Shown here: piece by piece, positions 49,156 to 60,588 of the stretch | Layout: each line of letters starts with the position of its first letter | Numbering within the stretch: the first letter of the stretch is position 1 | Assembly: GCA_025786725.1 (NCBI GenBank) | Contig: JAHLTZ010000028.1 | Coordinates: 248,001-312,000 of the forward strand | Source: Syncephalis fuscata S228 | Lineage: Eukaryota > Fungi > Zoopagomycota | DNA length: 64,000 bases | Reading direction: 5' to 3' | The notes under the pieces: model-generated | What the model was told of the DNA's origin: nothing | Seen by the model: only the letters and a program-made list of their open reading frames with translations | Database searches by the model: none | Translations under genes and position numbers: made by a program

Positions 49156-50415
49156 TTAGACAATGTTGGCATTGGCCAGCGGATAGAATTCGGCCTCGTC
49201 AAGACGTTTTATCAATACACCAGCGTTAAAATAGCCATGAGAAGACCAGGCACGTATTTCGGCTGTGGTGTGCGGTCCATGCACTTCAGTCGCGTCACTC
49301 GTCCATTTGAACTGCCATTGCCGTCCATCATTCGCTGAGTCGTCGACCGTCTCGGCCATTGTGAATTCACTTTGCGCCGCTTGTTCCATAAGTGCAGCCG
49401 TGTTATCGGATAGCGTAACATTTTGACGTTGTAAATCACTCTTTATTTGATCTGCCGTCCAGTCGTACACGTCAAGCTGGCCCAATGACATTAGCCGGTC
49501 GCATAGCCCGGTTAATAGCTCAATATCCCGTCGCCGCTCTGCTTCAGTTGCCGTATCGGCTTCAGTATCGTCCATAGCTTGCTTGGTCGTCAATGAGCGC
49601 TGTTTATTCTTTCGTGCTGTACCAAACTTCTTTCGCTTTGTACCACCACCCAATCGTTTTAGCGCTGTATTGACTGTTTCATCGTCGTGTAAATAGTCTA
49701 GCAGGTCAAGCTGTGCAGCACGAGTGGCTCCAGCTGCATCGCTAATCTCCTGCTCTTCCTGCGCAAGACGTTGGCGCATCTCTCGTTCGCGACGAGCATG
49801 TGCTTCATGCGCCTTATTAATCTCTTTCTCGGATACACCTTCCAACCAACTGTCATGGAATCGCTGTGGATCCTTATCGTTCTGTACATACGTGCCACTT
49901 TCGTCGAATTTACCTTCTTCTAGTTCATTACGTAAATTAAATGCTTCAATCTTAAAATCGCCTGCACTTGGATCATAATAGTCGTATGAAGCGTAGTCTT
50001 GTCCATCTTCATTATCGTCTTCACCATCCAGGCCATTCTTGGCAGCTTTACCTTTCTTTCTACGATTGTTTTTAGCTACGGGTGTGCTGTCGTTGATCGC
50101 TGGCGACTCATCGGCAAACATATCAACGTCATCGTTCGCTGACGGCTGTTGCTGCTCTTCCTCCTCTTCCTCCTCTATATCGCGCCGGGTAAGTTGGTCA
50201 TCATCGCTATTGTTCTCTTCATTATCTTCGCTTTCGCTTGATTGATTGTTATAGCCTTCTACCTTGACCGCGCCGCGGCGTGTTTTGCGTTCTTCTAGTT
50301 GAGATTCATGATCAAAGTCTTCGGGATCGTCCTCGTAATCTTTGTTCTTTAAAGTGCCTTCAAATCGAACCTTTTTTGAGGCGGCAAGCGCATCGCGTTT
50401 GGTATGTCGCTTCAT
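49156..50415 (-). CDS. LIN1: LIN1/CD2BP2 (U5-52K) GYF-domain protein, intronless
   Basis: IEAFNLRNELEEGKFDESGTYV, HDSWL, ETVNTALKRLG, C-terminal WQFKW...GPHTTAEIRAWSSHGYF. Confidence 0.92.
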   Translation of the reverse strand: MKRHTKRDALAASKKVRFEGTLKNKDYEDDPEDFDHESQLEERKTRRGAVKVEGYNNQSSESEDNEENNSDDDQLTRRDIEEEEEEEQQQPSANDDVDMFADESPAINDSTPVAKNNRRKKGKAAKNGLDGEDDNEDGQDYASYDYYDPSAGDFKIEAFNLRNELEEGKFDESGTYVQNDKDPQRFHDSWLEGVSEKEINKAHEAHARREREMRQRLAQEEQEISDAAGATRAAQLDLLDYLHDDETVNTALKRLGGGTKRKKFGTARKNKQRSLTTKQAMDDTEADTATEAERRRDIELLTGLCDRLMSLGQLDVYDWTADQIKSDLQRQNVTLSDNTAALMEQAAQSEFTMAETVDDSANDGRQWQFKWTSDATEVHGPHTTAEIRAWSSHGYFNAGVLIKRLDEAEFYPLANANIV

Positions 50416-50564
50416 ACTGATATGATGTCTGCAGCTCAATAAAACTGTAGTTAATACTTGAGGATGCAGCGATTTGACACGAATTAAGCGATCTGGCAAG
50501 CAAAAACAAAATAAACATTTTTAAATCTTTTTCTCCTTGATTACTTTTACTTCATAACTGTAGA

Positions 50565-51763
50565 ATGTAGAGTGACTTTCTATAAGCTATACTTGTACAG
50601 TACTAAGCATGATTTATTTGTTTATATAGGGGTAAATACTGCCAGTTGGTTATGGGCCCGGCGGGCAGTGGAAAGGTATGAATGGCTACACTGTAGGCTG
50701 TGTATAATTACTTACTGGCTAGTAGTCCACCTACTGCGGAACTATGCTGCAGCATAGCGAGACACTTAAGCGAACAGTCCATCTAGTCAACTTGGATCCG
50801 GCGGCGGAAAAGTTGAGTATACGCCGGCTGTAGGTAGGTCGATCGTATACTACAACGATTAGTAGACAGTATACTTGACATGGTTTGGCAGATATCCGCG
50901 ACTTGATTTCGTTGGAAGATGTTATGGAAGAGCTGCACCTTGGGCCTAATGGGGTCTTATCTATTGCTTTGAATATCTTCTTGAAAACTTGGACTGGCTT
51001 GACGATGCACTGGGCGACTTTGAGGACGATTACTTGATCTTTGACTGTCCAGGTAATTTGTTAATGAATTACTTATTATTTGTATTAAATCAATTGATCA
51101 TTAGGCCAGATTGAATTGTACACGCATTTTCCATACATGCGCACCTTGACAGACCATCTAAAGCGTCAAGGCTATGCCATCTGTGGCGTCTATGTATTGG
51201 AAAGCCAGTTTATGATCGATAAAAGCAAATATTTCTCTGGTACGCTTAGTGCCATGTCTGCAATGATCCAGCTTGAAATTCCTCATATCAATGTCATGTC
51301 CAAAATGGATTTGATGGCCGATATGCCAGAGCCGGAATTGGATCGGTAACTAATAGCTGCGATAGATGTTTATTATCAATTGACACTAATGACATTGTTA
51401 TGGCTAGCTATTTAAATGCTGATCCATCTTTACTTCAAGAAGATATCGCCAGTCAAGGCAGTGCAAAATTTGCCCGACTTAATGAGGCCATTGTACAGCT
51501 GGTAAGTGGATAGTATTAAACTAAAGGCGATCATTAATACAAATACATGTTAGGTGGAAGATTTCAATATGGTAGGATTTATTCCATTAAATGTACGCGA
51601 AGAAGAATCGATCGAATATGTTCTTTCGCACGTCGACAATGCTATACAGTTTGGTGAGGATCAAGAGCCAAAAGAACCAAAAGTAAGTTGTTTCCATGCT
51701 GCTCAATGCTTGGTAGTTTAATTCTGTTATTTACAGGACATGGCCGATGATGTTGATTTTTAA
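50565..51763 (+). CDS. GPN3: GPN-loop GTPase 3, multi-exon, with two apparent 1-nt frameshifts (~50813 and ~50952)
   Basis: [67 protein letters not shown]. Confidence 0.9.
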
Positions 51764-51835
51764 TTCAATTTATTATTTGTATTGAACAAAGATGCGCAAA
51801 AGTACGAATATAAAATGTTTAAATAGAATAAAAGA

Positions 51836-52436
51836 CTATGTATTGGCAGCAGCATGTGCATTCTGTCGAAATGCCATTTTCCAGCTAAACAGTGTTTGTA
51901 CACTGGCGGATTTACCGCGCGATAATTCAAAGATAGACTGCGTGGATTGTTTATCGTCAAATGTGTCATTGATTAGACTGCTTACACCGCTGTCATCGCC
52001 TAATGACTCTAATCCAATCTTCATATCCTCGTCAACTTGTGTATCGCTATTGTTAGCACCGAGTAATGCAGACTTGTTATCCGAAGCACTATTGTGCTTT
52101 TCTAAACGGGCATGTCCAAGCTCTTTTGCATGAGCGCGCAATTGAGATAGCATCGTACGGACTGCGTCAAGTTCGGCTAAATTTACATTATTGTGGCTAT
52201 TATTAGCGTTGTGAATGCCGCTTCGGCCTAGCTAACACTGATCCTTGGCGCTAAAGCCGCAATGGAGTGCAGCCGCGCTGCTTACCTTTTGTTTGAGCCG
52301 TGGGCCTTGGAGTAATAAAGGTTGGATCATTAAGTCCCTGCAGGAATGACTGCGACAGCTGTGTGATCGCGTCCAGCTCTTGCACGAGACTGTCCACTTC
52401 TTTCTGCTTCTCAGCTAGGAGATTAGTGTTGGCCAT
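51836..52436 (-). CDS. Small helical protein of unknown function, 2 exons (weak resemblance to the Mediator Med27/Med3 N-terminus)
   Basis: ATG 52436 MANTNLLAEKQKEVDSLVQELDAI..., then a GTAAGC intron spliced to CTAG that joins ORF 51836-52153 in frame. Confidence 0.6.
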
Positions 52437-53428
52437 GATACACAGCGACCGTAGTGGTGTAGAGACAAGGGTAAACGATATAAAATGGTGCAGACATCTG
52501 ACTGAATTGTCCTTTGGCTGCGATTTTGCTATGGCCCAATCACTTGTGATTTGCTTTGATTTGATAGCAAAGTGCTCAATACACAATTAACCAATAAGTG
52601 AATTGCATTATTACTAACGTTTTTGCTTGATAGTAAATGATAGCGATATCGGCACTAATATGCATATGAATAATAGCAGTCGAGGGCTGCAACAGCTTTG
52701 AAGCAAGGACGAAGGATGTAGAGCGGGGACGCATCTAATGCAGTGGCTACGATTTACCATGGTCCAATCACAAGTGATTTATTTATTTTGATAGTAGTGT
52801 TCAATGCACAATTAACCAATAAACGAACTGCATTAGTAGTAAATTTCTTTGTTTGGCGATAAACGATGGCGGTATTGGCGTTAAAATACGCACAAGAATC
52901 ATGGCAGCTGAAGGCCATAGCTGCAAGTTCAATGGAACTATATGCTTTGTTATTGGTTGGTTAATTGGCATCATGCCAACCCATGAGACACAGTAGTATT
53001 GCTGCGTAACATCCTTGCAAGCCATGTGTGGCCAATTGACGTAGATTACTGTTTATGGAGTAAATTAATTATAGATATGGAGTAGAGAGAAATAAGCCGA
53101 ACTGCAAGAAAGGCTGTATATTATTGGCGGCAACATGAAGTGTCCGTACACATCCACGCGAATGGATGATCCAATAGAAATTGAAATCGCCATGCTTTTG
53201 AAATAAAAACCAATGATGAGCGACCTATGATATAATGCAAAGCATCATTAAGGCCTATAGCGGATATACAGGTTGATGATTATGCTGTAAATAGTCAACG
53301 GTTGTGGCATGGTGCTCAAGAGCGCATATATAAACTGTTGAATATTCAAACAAGTGAATGATTTACTCGCTATACAAATACTTACCCTTTTGATCCTATT
53401 TAATTAGCTTTATATTTAGTTATACATC

Positions 53429-54282
53429 ATGAAGTACTATACAATTTTGAGCGCCGTACTTCTAGTTTTGTCTGTAGACGTATTTGTGGCTAATGCTACA
53501 CCTGTTGGAGGTAAATACCATATATCAATAACATTTATATTTTATTACTAATTTTATTATAATTATTAAAAGTTACTCGACGTGCTCTTGTAGAAAACGT
53601 TCTTAATAACAATCAAGTACTTAATGGTGTGAATGCTGCATCAGAACGTGCTGGCAATATCATTACTCGACGTGCTCTTGTAGAAAACGTCCTCAATGGC
53701 AACCAAGTGGGCAATGGCGTGAATGCTCTTTCCAATGATTCCGGAAATGTAGTAAAGTCAAACCACCATTCTCCATCCTCGTCAGGCGACTCGGATGCTC
53801 TTGTAAAGGATGTCCTCAATGACAACCAAGTACTTAATGGCGTGAACGCTGCATCAAAACGTGTTGGCAATGTTGTTACTCGACGTGCTCTTGTGGAGAA
53901 CGTTCTTAATAACAACCAAGTACTTAATGGTGTAAATGCTGCATCAGAACGTGCTGGCAATATCATTACTCGACGTGCTCTTGTAGAAAACGTCCTCAAT
54001 GGCAACCAAGTGGGCAATGGCGTGAATGCTCTTTCCAATGATTCCGGAAATGTAGTAAAGTCAAACCACCATTCTCCATCCTCGTCAGGCGACTCGGATG
54101 CTCTTGTAAAGGATGTCCTCAATGATAACCAAGTACTTAATGGTGTGAACGCTGCATCAAAACGTGTTGGCAATGTTGTTACTCGACGTGCTCTTGTGGA
54201 GAACGTTCTTAATAACAACCAAGTACTTAATGGTGTAAATGCTGCATCAGAACGTGTTGGCAATGTCGTCTCCCAGGATTAA
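53429..54282 (+). CDS. Secreted repeat protein with RR/KR putative Kex2 sites (KEP or repellent-like), 263 aa, intron 53511-53572
   Basis: Signal MKYYTILSAVLLVLSVDVFVANA, seven ALV(E/K)(N/D)VLNxNQVxNGVNA units in a 303-bp higher-order repeat, TATATAAA near 53327. Confidence 0.85.
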
Positions 54283-54689
54283 ATATATGCCAATAATATA
54301 GTCGCAAAGCCTTTCCCAATTATATAAGGTTTGCAAATGATAGTAATTAATAAATTAAACTAGTATATAATAAACTGCCACTGTAAATGCTGTTATAATG
54401 GCCCATGTTAGTATTTAGATTACAATAAATATATTTATATACAATTGAAAGTGCTATATGTTAGACTTGTATCTTACATTCAATGGACTTTATTATCATT
54501 TGTTAGTAAAACATCTGATTATTCACTAGTAATGTCATAGATATTGTATTGCATCAGATCTGGTTATGTACAAGTTTGCACTTATTCAATAATAATATAA
54601 TTATATAACTATACGTGTTTGTTCTATTACCAATAGTAAACGCAAAATCTTGATATATATTTACTTATTTACTACATTTGCTATTATGC

Positions 54690-55380
54690 TGATAAACATA
54701 TTCTATGATAATGAGTACTTTTGAATGTAAATGACTTTTATTCTTGATGCATTTACTATTAATCTGTTCTATGATGTATTGACATGTTGGATAGATTGAC
54801 TTTTATTATTTACACTCCATTTATTAATCAATTAAACTCGGCTGTTTATAAATATTGACTGACAGGCTCACATCTTACAATCTACGTCATCATATTTCCC
54901 TTTCTCTTTCTTCACACTTGATAGCATATATCCATTGCATATACCTGTACACTCCATATATGCTAACTAGATAGTATCAGTAGTTGACTGATTACTAGTT
55001 AGATACAAACACCTTCTACACTATGTACTTGCATTGCTCTTTTGTATTCTTGCCTTCATTGCTCCAATAATTGCGTTTAGCAGCTTTATTGACACGGTAA
55101 ATGCATTCCTGGCTTGTTTTTATGTTATTTTGAGCATATGCTGTTAAATCTCGTTGTCTGCTTTGTTTTTACGATGGAGTGCAATTGCAGTTCATCTAAC
55201 AGCAACTCTGCAATCTCAACAAAGGCAGTGGGATCTGCTACTGTTGAGGCTGCTTAAACTGCTGTTAATACGATCTGCCATGCGATCTATAGCAAAACAG
55301 AGTATACAGTGTTTTTGGCAGCATATAGCCATCGTAGTCATCATGGACAGCTGCTGTATGCGCACAGCAGCAACAGTATA
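54690..55380 (-). repeat. Dispersed repeat family B copy
   Basis: Its reverse complement aligns with 9290-9920. Confidence 0.7.
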
Positions 55381-57885
55381 GAAAGCTTTGCTAGTATAGT
55401 CACTGAGCAAGTTTTCAGCACCAGTACAGCAGTGCGCTCTGCCACTGTTGATAGTGTTGTATTTATATAGCTCTAACACGATGGCAGCGGTGGTTATATG
55501 CACTGCTAACTTCCCACCGATTGTTTTCTTTGTTATATATTGTATTATCTTACACTTCAAACATGCGTCGTTTCTTTAGATTCTCAAGTAAATCTTGCTA
55601 CAGTTTATTGAATCTAGTATGCATTCATTAAACATAAACGATATCATGCAAAATATATCTGTATATTTCTATAGAATATTAAAGTATTCTTTTTACGCAC
55701 TTTACAGAATAAAATAAAACTATACAGCCTTACAATAGCCATTTACTGTATATTGTGCGTGTATTAGCTAAACGTGTAAATATGCTAGCAATACTCATAA
55801 ATATTAATCTAATGGATTGTCAATTTTGCTTTTAATAGTAAATATAAATCAACAAATGCTATTTGTAATTCCTTTTATATTAAAAATGTAGGTTTAAGTT
55901 ATGTCTCCAAAAGTCTTCTTATTTGTCTTTATTTAGTATTAACCAATGTAAATATAATTGAATAATCAAAGAAAGTGTGTAATACTAACAACAAAAGTAT
56001 AGTATTTATTTATACGTTTAAGTGAGTGAAATAAGCGCATTGCTTTGACGCTTATAATAAATGCAGCTAATGATAAACAGACACCCTTTATTAGTGGTAT
56101 GTGACCAGTATATAGTACAGTGATGTACAGTAGAATGAATATATAGTGATAGGCATGAGTTGCGGTGTGGGTGTTACAATATATAACGCAATAGGCTAAC
56201 TGAATGAAGTGTACTGAAAACTACAATGAATAAAATGTTTTTATCATATAATAGAATAAAATGAATGAATAGAAAATATTGTATGTTTTAGCAGTTGACA
56301 AAATATACTATATAAAATACTCATATCTACAATATTTAGAAACAAACAAAAATGTCGGTAGTATCGTTATAGTACTAGTCAATAAACTATTCGACAGCAT
56401 TCCACTCCAAGAGCTATCGTCGGATGATGCCGTATCTGGTAAATACCAACAACAACTATAATTGATACGCCAGTGTAACAATTGTTGCATAATGTTTCAA
56501 CAACAATCAATCAAGTACCCCTAAATGCTTACTGTCAAATATTATACAAAATAGGTTTAACGAGTTGCCTTAGCATAATGTTGACTCGGCAAATGAAATT
56601 GCAATTACCATTAATAGGATTATTCGTTGGATTGGGCGTAATTGCAATATCTGCACGGCGCAATAAGGGCTCATTAAGACCATGATTACACATGTACTGG
56701 CCAAAGCCGGGTGTTGAATCAAAGTATATGTAATAGTGTAATGGTGATTCTTGTCTATTAAACATTGTATTATTAAAACTAGTATTTAGATTAAACAGTA
56801 TCAATAGTATCGAAAACCAGTATATATTGGACGCCTTAGGCATGCCATGAACAAATTATTATTTTAATAACTATTGCGTTGTTTGATACAATTATGGATG
56901 ATTGGTAGATTGTCGAATTGGCTATTTTGAATATGCATGATGATTGTTTTCCCCTAGCTCACGGCATTGAAAGCTTGCTAAAGCGTGAGTTGGTTTACAG
57001 TACACGCACAATTAGCGTGATACTATGTTTTAAACGCAGAACAAGATCACACTAATTATTTAATTTCAACGTTTATGTTTCATCTTGCAGCAATATTTTC
57101 ACAAAAAGTTGATTACCACGTTCTATAACTTGGTTAAGCCGATGCCATTCAAAGAAATTGCTATGAATTACACAAGCCTTTTGTCTTCAACTGTAGGGGG
57201 TATCTATATACTATTCAAAGCTATTACCTTTGTTCTATTGCTATTGAATCTGAACTAGTATAAAATAAAGTAATAGCTCACTGTTATATATTAATTATTG
57301 TGGACTAATATCGTGTTTAAATATCAACAGAGTATGTAAAATCAAAGTCAATGATGCAAGTGTAGACGCAGCAAATGTTGCCGTTTAGCCAGTACATGTG
57401 AATAGATTTCAGCTAGAATGGGCCTGAACTTTGGGGGCGATGTCCCGTTACATTGAACATTTATGGAACATAAGCTGATAATAAAAATGTTACACAATAT
57501 AGTAACAAATACAGGTATGCGATGTATGGTATGTGCGTGTTCCAGATACGTTGTCCATTGAACTGGGTACGTGCCAACTTACTAGGCTATTTTTTGGATG
57601 TTGTTTATTGGTATCCGTGACTTAAGCCAGAATAGAAATTTAGAAGTTTGATGCTATAAAAGTTCAAGCAAATAACCAGGTTTATCTTGATCTATATTCA
57701 TACTTTATTTCTATTACTGCAGCTTCTTCCTCAATCACCAAGTGCAATTTATTTCTCGATAAATAACACTTAGCTACCTCTTTTTTGTTACAGTTTGCTA
57801 TTACAATTACTAGCTCATATAGTATCGCACACTTTTGGCGTCACTCTTTACGAGACAATACTTTTTTATAAACAACTATACCACC

Positions 57886-59043
57886 ATGTCAGATGATTCC
57901 AATTCAGATTCCTTTGATAATGTGACTCCAGAGGAACTTTTTTTACGTAAAGCTGAACCGGCCAGGGACATTATATTCACAATTATATTTTTTGGTTTTG
58001 GCTGTCTCCATCTTTGGCGCTATAACCAGACAAACACTAAGTATCATGGCATGATGATCGGCTCTATATTTGTTGCCTTGGTTGGCTTTGGTATGCGTAT
58101 TGGCGGTGCATATAATTTTGATTTTGTGGCCTACTATTACTCTTCATTTATATTAACTTTTTCAGAATGGATGATTAAAGTGATTGTTGCTTATCTAATG
58201 ATAGTATGGTAAGTTATCTTTTCTTTTTTCCTTTATTTAATTAGCACCCATCTACTCGACATTGTATTGCCATTATAATAACACAACTAATTGAATTTGT
58301 ACAATAGGAGTCGTTCCATGGGAAAGGCAATTGCCCAAAAAGCTCAATCAATATATCGATTTGGTGTCGGCGGAATAATTGCCTATAGCATTGGCTTTAC
58401 TTTGTGGATTGTCGGCAATCTCCTTTTACTAAAGTCTACTACTTTATCGTCTGTTAAAACAGCAAGGACTATAGCGAGATTTGGTGATAGTGTAAACATG
58501 GCCTTTAACCTTCTTTCAGTCAGTTTGTTTATTTGGCAATTTGTGGCAACTAAGAATGATGGCGTTCCAGGATTAGGCTTTAAGCGTAGACAGCTGCTCG
58601 TATTAACAGCCCATTGCATTTTAATATTCATATCTAATTTGTGCTATGCTCTTAACTTCGAGATTGCTGGTTATGTTTTTTTTATTCTTGTTTTGGGTGT
58701 CGGTATCTATACACGTAAAGCTTTAACAGGATTTGATAAAGAGCCTGATCTTACCAGTTGCATGCCTATTGTTATACCCACCGTCGCTTATGGTCAGCAA
58801 ACGGTAAATATGGCAGTTAATCCTAGTATGGTGTTTATGCAGCCTGTACACATGGAGCATCCTGTTGTTTATCAACACCACGTCGGCACTGAAGAAGCTA
58901 ATGCAACTACTCCAGCTATTTATACTAATGTGCAAACTGCCGATTCTTCCGAATCTAACACTTCACCATTTAGCGATGATCATGCATTTGTGGTTGAAAA
59001 TCCAGCCTCAAATCCAAATGCTGCACCTTATCCACAAGAATAA
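57886..59043 (+). CDS. RTA1-like multi-pass membrane protein, intron 58209-58307
   Basis: ARDIIFTIIFFGFGCLHLWRY...LVGFGMRI, about 7 TMs and a P/Q-rich tail. Confidence 0.75.
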
Positions 59044-59429
59044 CTGATTTCGAGGCTATTTATGATATATTCGTATTTCATTAACATTGGTTAATTTAAA
59101 TGAATAAACAATAAGAGGCAGTAGTTTAGTATAAAAATGTCTATTTGAAAGTGTGTGCTTTTGCTCAGAGCTTTGCCCTATTATGCTTTATTTGTAACTA
59201 TTGTCTGTTCAAATCCAGCTTTACTATTTATGAATTTGTGTTGTTTTGCTCATCAAGTCATACGCAGCGATAGGACAAACTATATTGTAAATAACATTGC
59301 AGTATAAGGAAAATGAAATACGAAAATAAATAATATATGTATACTAAATACTAAATCTATAATAATGAGTATTTATATCATTTTATTATTTTACTTTGCA
59401 TGTTATAAAAGCAGTCTACCAATCGCATA

Positions 59430-59600
59430 GTGTATGATTTATTTCATAACTTCCTTTTTCTCTTTTTTACACTTGATAACATTTATCGATTGCACACAAT
59501 TATGCATTTTATATGCTATTTAGATAGTGTCAGTAGTTGACTGATTAATAGTTAGGTGCGAACACATTTTACATTACTCTTTTGTAATTTGACCCTTTTT
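59430..59600 (-). repeat. Partial repeat family B copy downstream of a Fanzor remnant
   Basis: TAGATAGTGTCAGTAGTTGACTGATTA at ~59521-59547 matches ~54968-54994 and the reverse complement of ~9677-9700. Confidence 0.55.
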
Positions 59601-60057
59601 GTTGATTGTATTCATGTTGCTATAATTTGAATCAAATAATAAACATTTTAAAAGAAATTAATCATACTAACAAGATAAATAATATCGTGTAAGTACCATA
59701 CTCATACTCTACATTATATTTATCATAATAATGCTATTTTATCATATATTCTCACTTTTTCAATTGCACGTTGTCCATTCGTTATATTGTATATCAATAT
59801 ACCGTCTATTGATTACATGCCATCAGCAAAACTATTTGCTCATTACTAGCTGTATTTAATGCAAATACCAGTTTATTTTGCTCATAAACACTATAACTCC
59901 ATCATTGGTATTCGTGCATTTCCATTGCTTAATTGTACCATTCTATGTTATTTTATTCTTTATTGCCTATACATTGTTAATAAAACATTTTTTAGCGTCA
60001 TAGCCTACAGCTAAACAGTGATGTTTTTTAGTAGCTATTATGCACTACAATATTATT

Positions 60058-60270
60058 GTATTGTTGTTTTGACAATATATAGAATAGTGTATGTTTAGGC
60101 TGTCATCACACTGTAATTCAATATCGTATTGCAAGTTTGACATTTGGGTACAGCATGCACTTTACATTTTGATTTAATATTCAGCTTGCTATTCAGTATT
60201 CTAGTTATATATTTGCTATAAATATGACTTGATAAAAGAATTTCAGCGTAAATAAATCTAATAGAATCAT
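60058..60270 (-). pseudogene. Decayed Fanzor (eukaryotic TnpB) RuvC-II / Zn-finger / RuvC-III remnant A
   Basis: IRFIYAEILLSSHIYSKY...SKCKVHAVPKCQTCNTILNYSVMTA* followed by NIHYSIY. This is an eroded form of the pattern xDEYLTSQxCxxC...HAVLKCxxCxxxWNRDVxAxxNI. Confidence 0.65.
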
Positions 60271-60293
60271 TAGTATTATACGGAATGAACAAT

Positions 60294-60382
60294 TAATATA
60301 TAAGCTACTTATTCCATTAACAGGTAAGCATTATATTACTTCTAGTTCTTACCTGCTAATGGAATAAGTAGCTCATATATTA
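60294..60382 (-). repeat. 35-bp inverted repeat (hairpin) with a 19-nt loop
   Basis: 60294-60328 versus 60348-60382: 33 of 35 positions are complementary, and both deviations are G-U on the minus strand. Confidence 0.85.
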
Positions 60383-60588
60383 TCTTAATTCACTATCACG
60401 TCTAACAATAATGACTTTGATGGCGACACGTACTACTAACGTCATTGTATTCCTTATAATCTTCAATAGCCTTAATTCATTTACATGCATTAGCCGTACT
60501 TATTTTACCACAAACTATAACAAAAACACTTGATTTTTATTCAATAATATGACCTTTATTGGTGGCAGTAAGTTTAACAAGTATTATA

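Noticed and set aside
53613-54263. 216-aa antisense repeat ORF
   Set aside because: Mirror of the repetitive plus-strand secreted protein, which has the TATA box, signal peptide and intron.
55152-55470. U3-like or H/ACA-like snoRNA on the minus strand (TATATAAA, GACUAUACU, UUUCUAUA, AUGAUGA, long hairpin, AGAUGA...ACA)
   Set aside because: Box A GGAUCA, box B and box D CUGA are missing. The region is homologous to dispersed repeat B at 9290-9920, where these motifs and stems are not kept. An Rfam scan would settle it.
56308-56843. Possible small secreted Cys-containing gene on the minus strand
   Set aside because: I could not build a consistent spliced frame or recognise a family. It may be a remnant.
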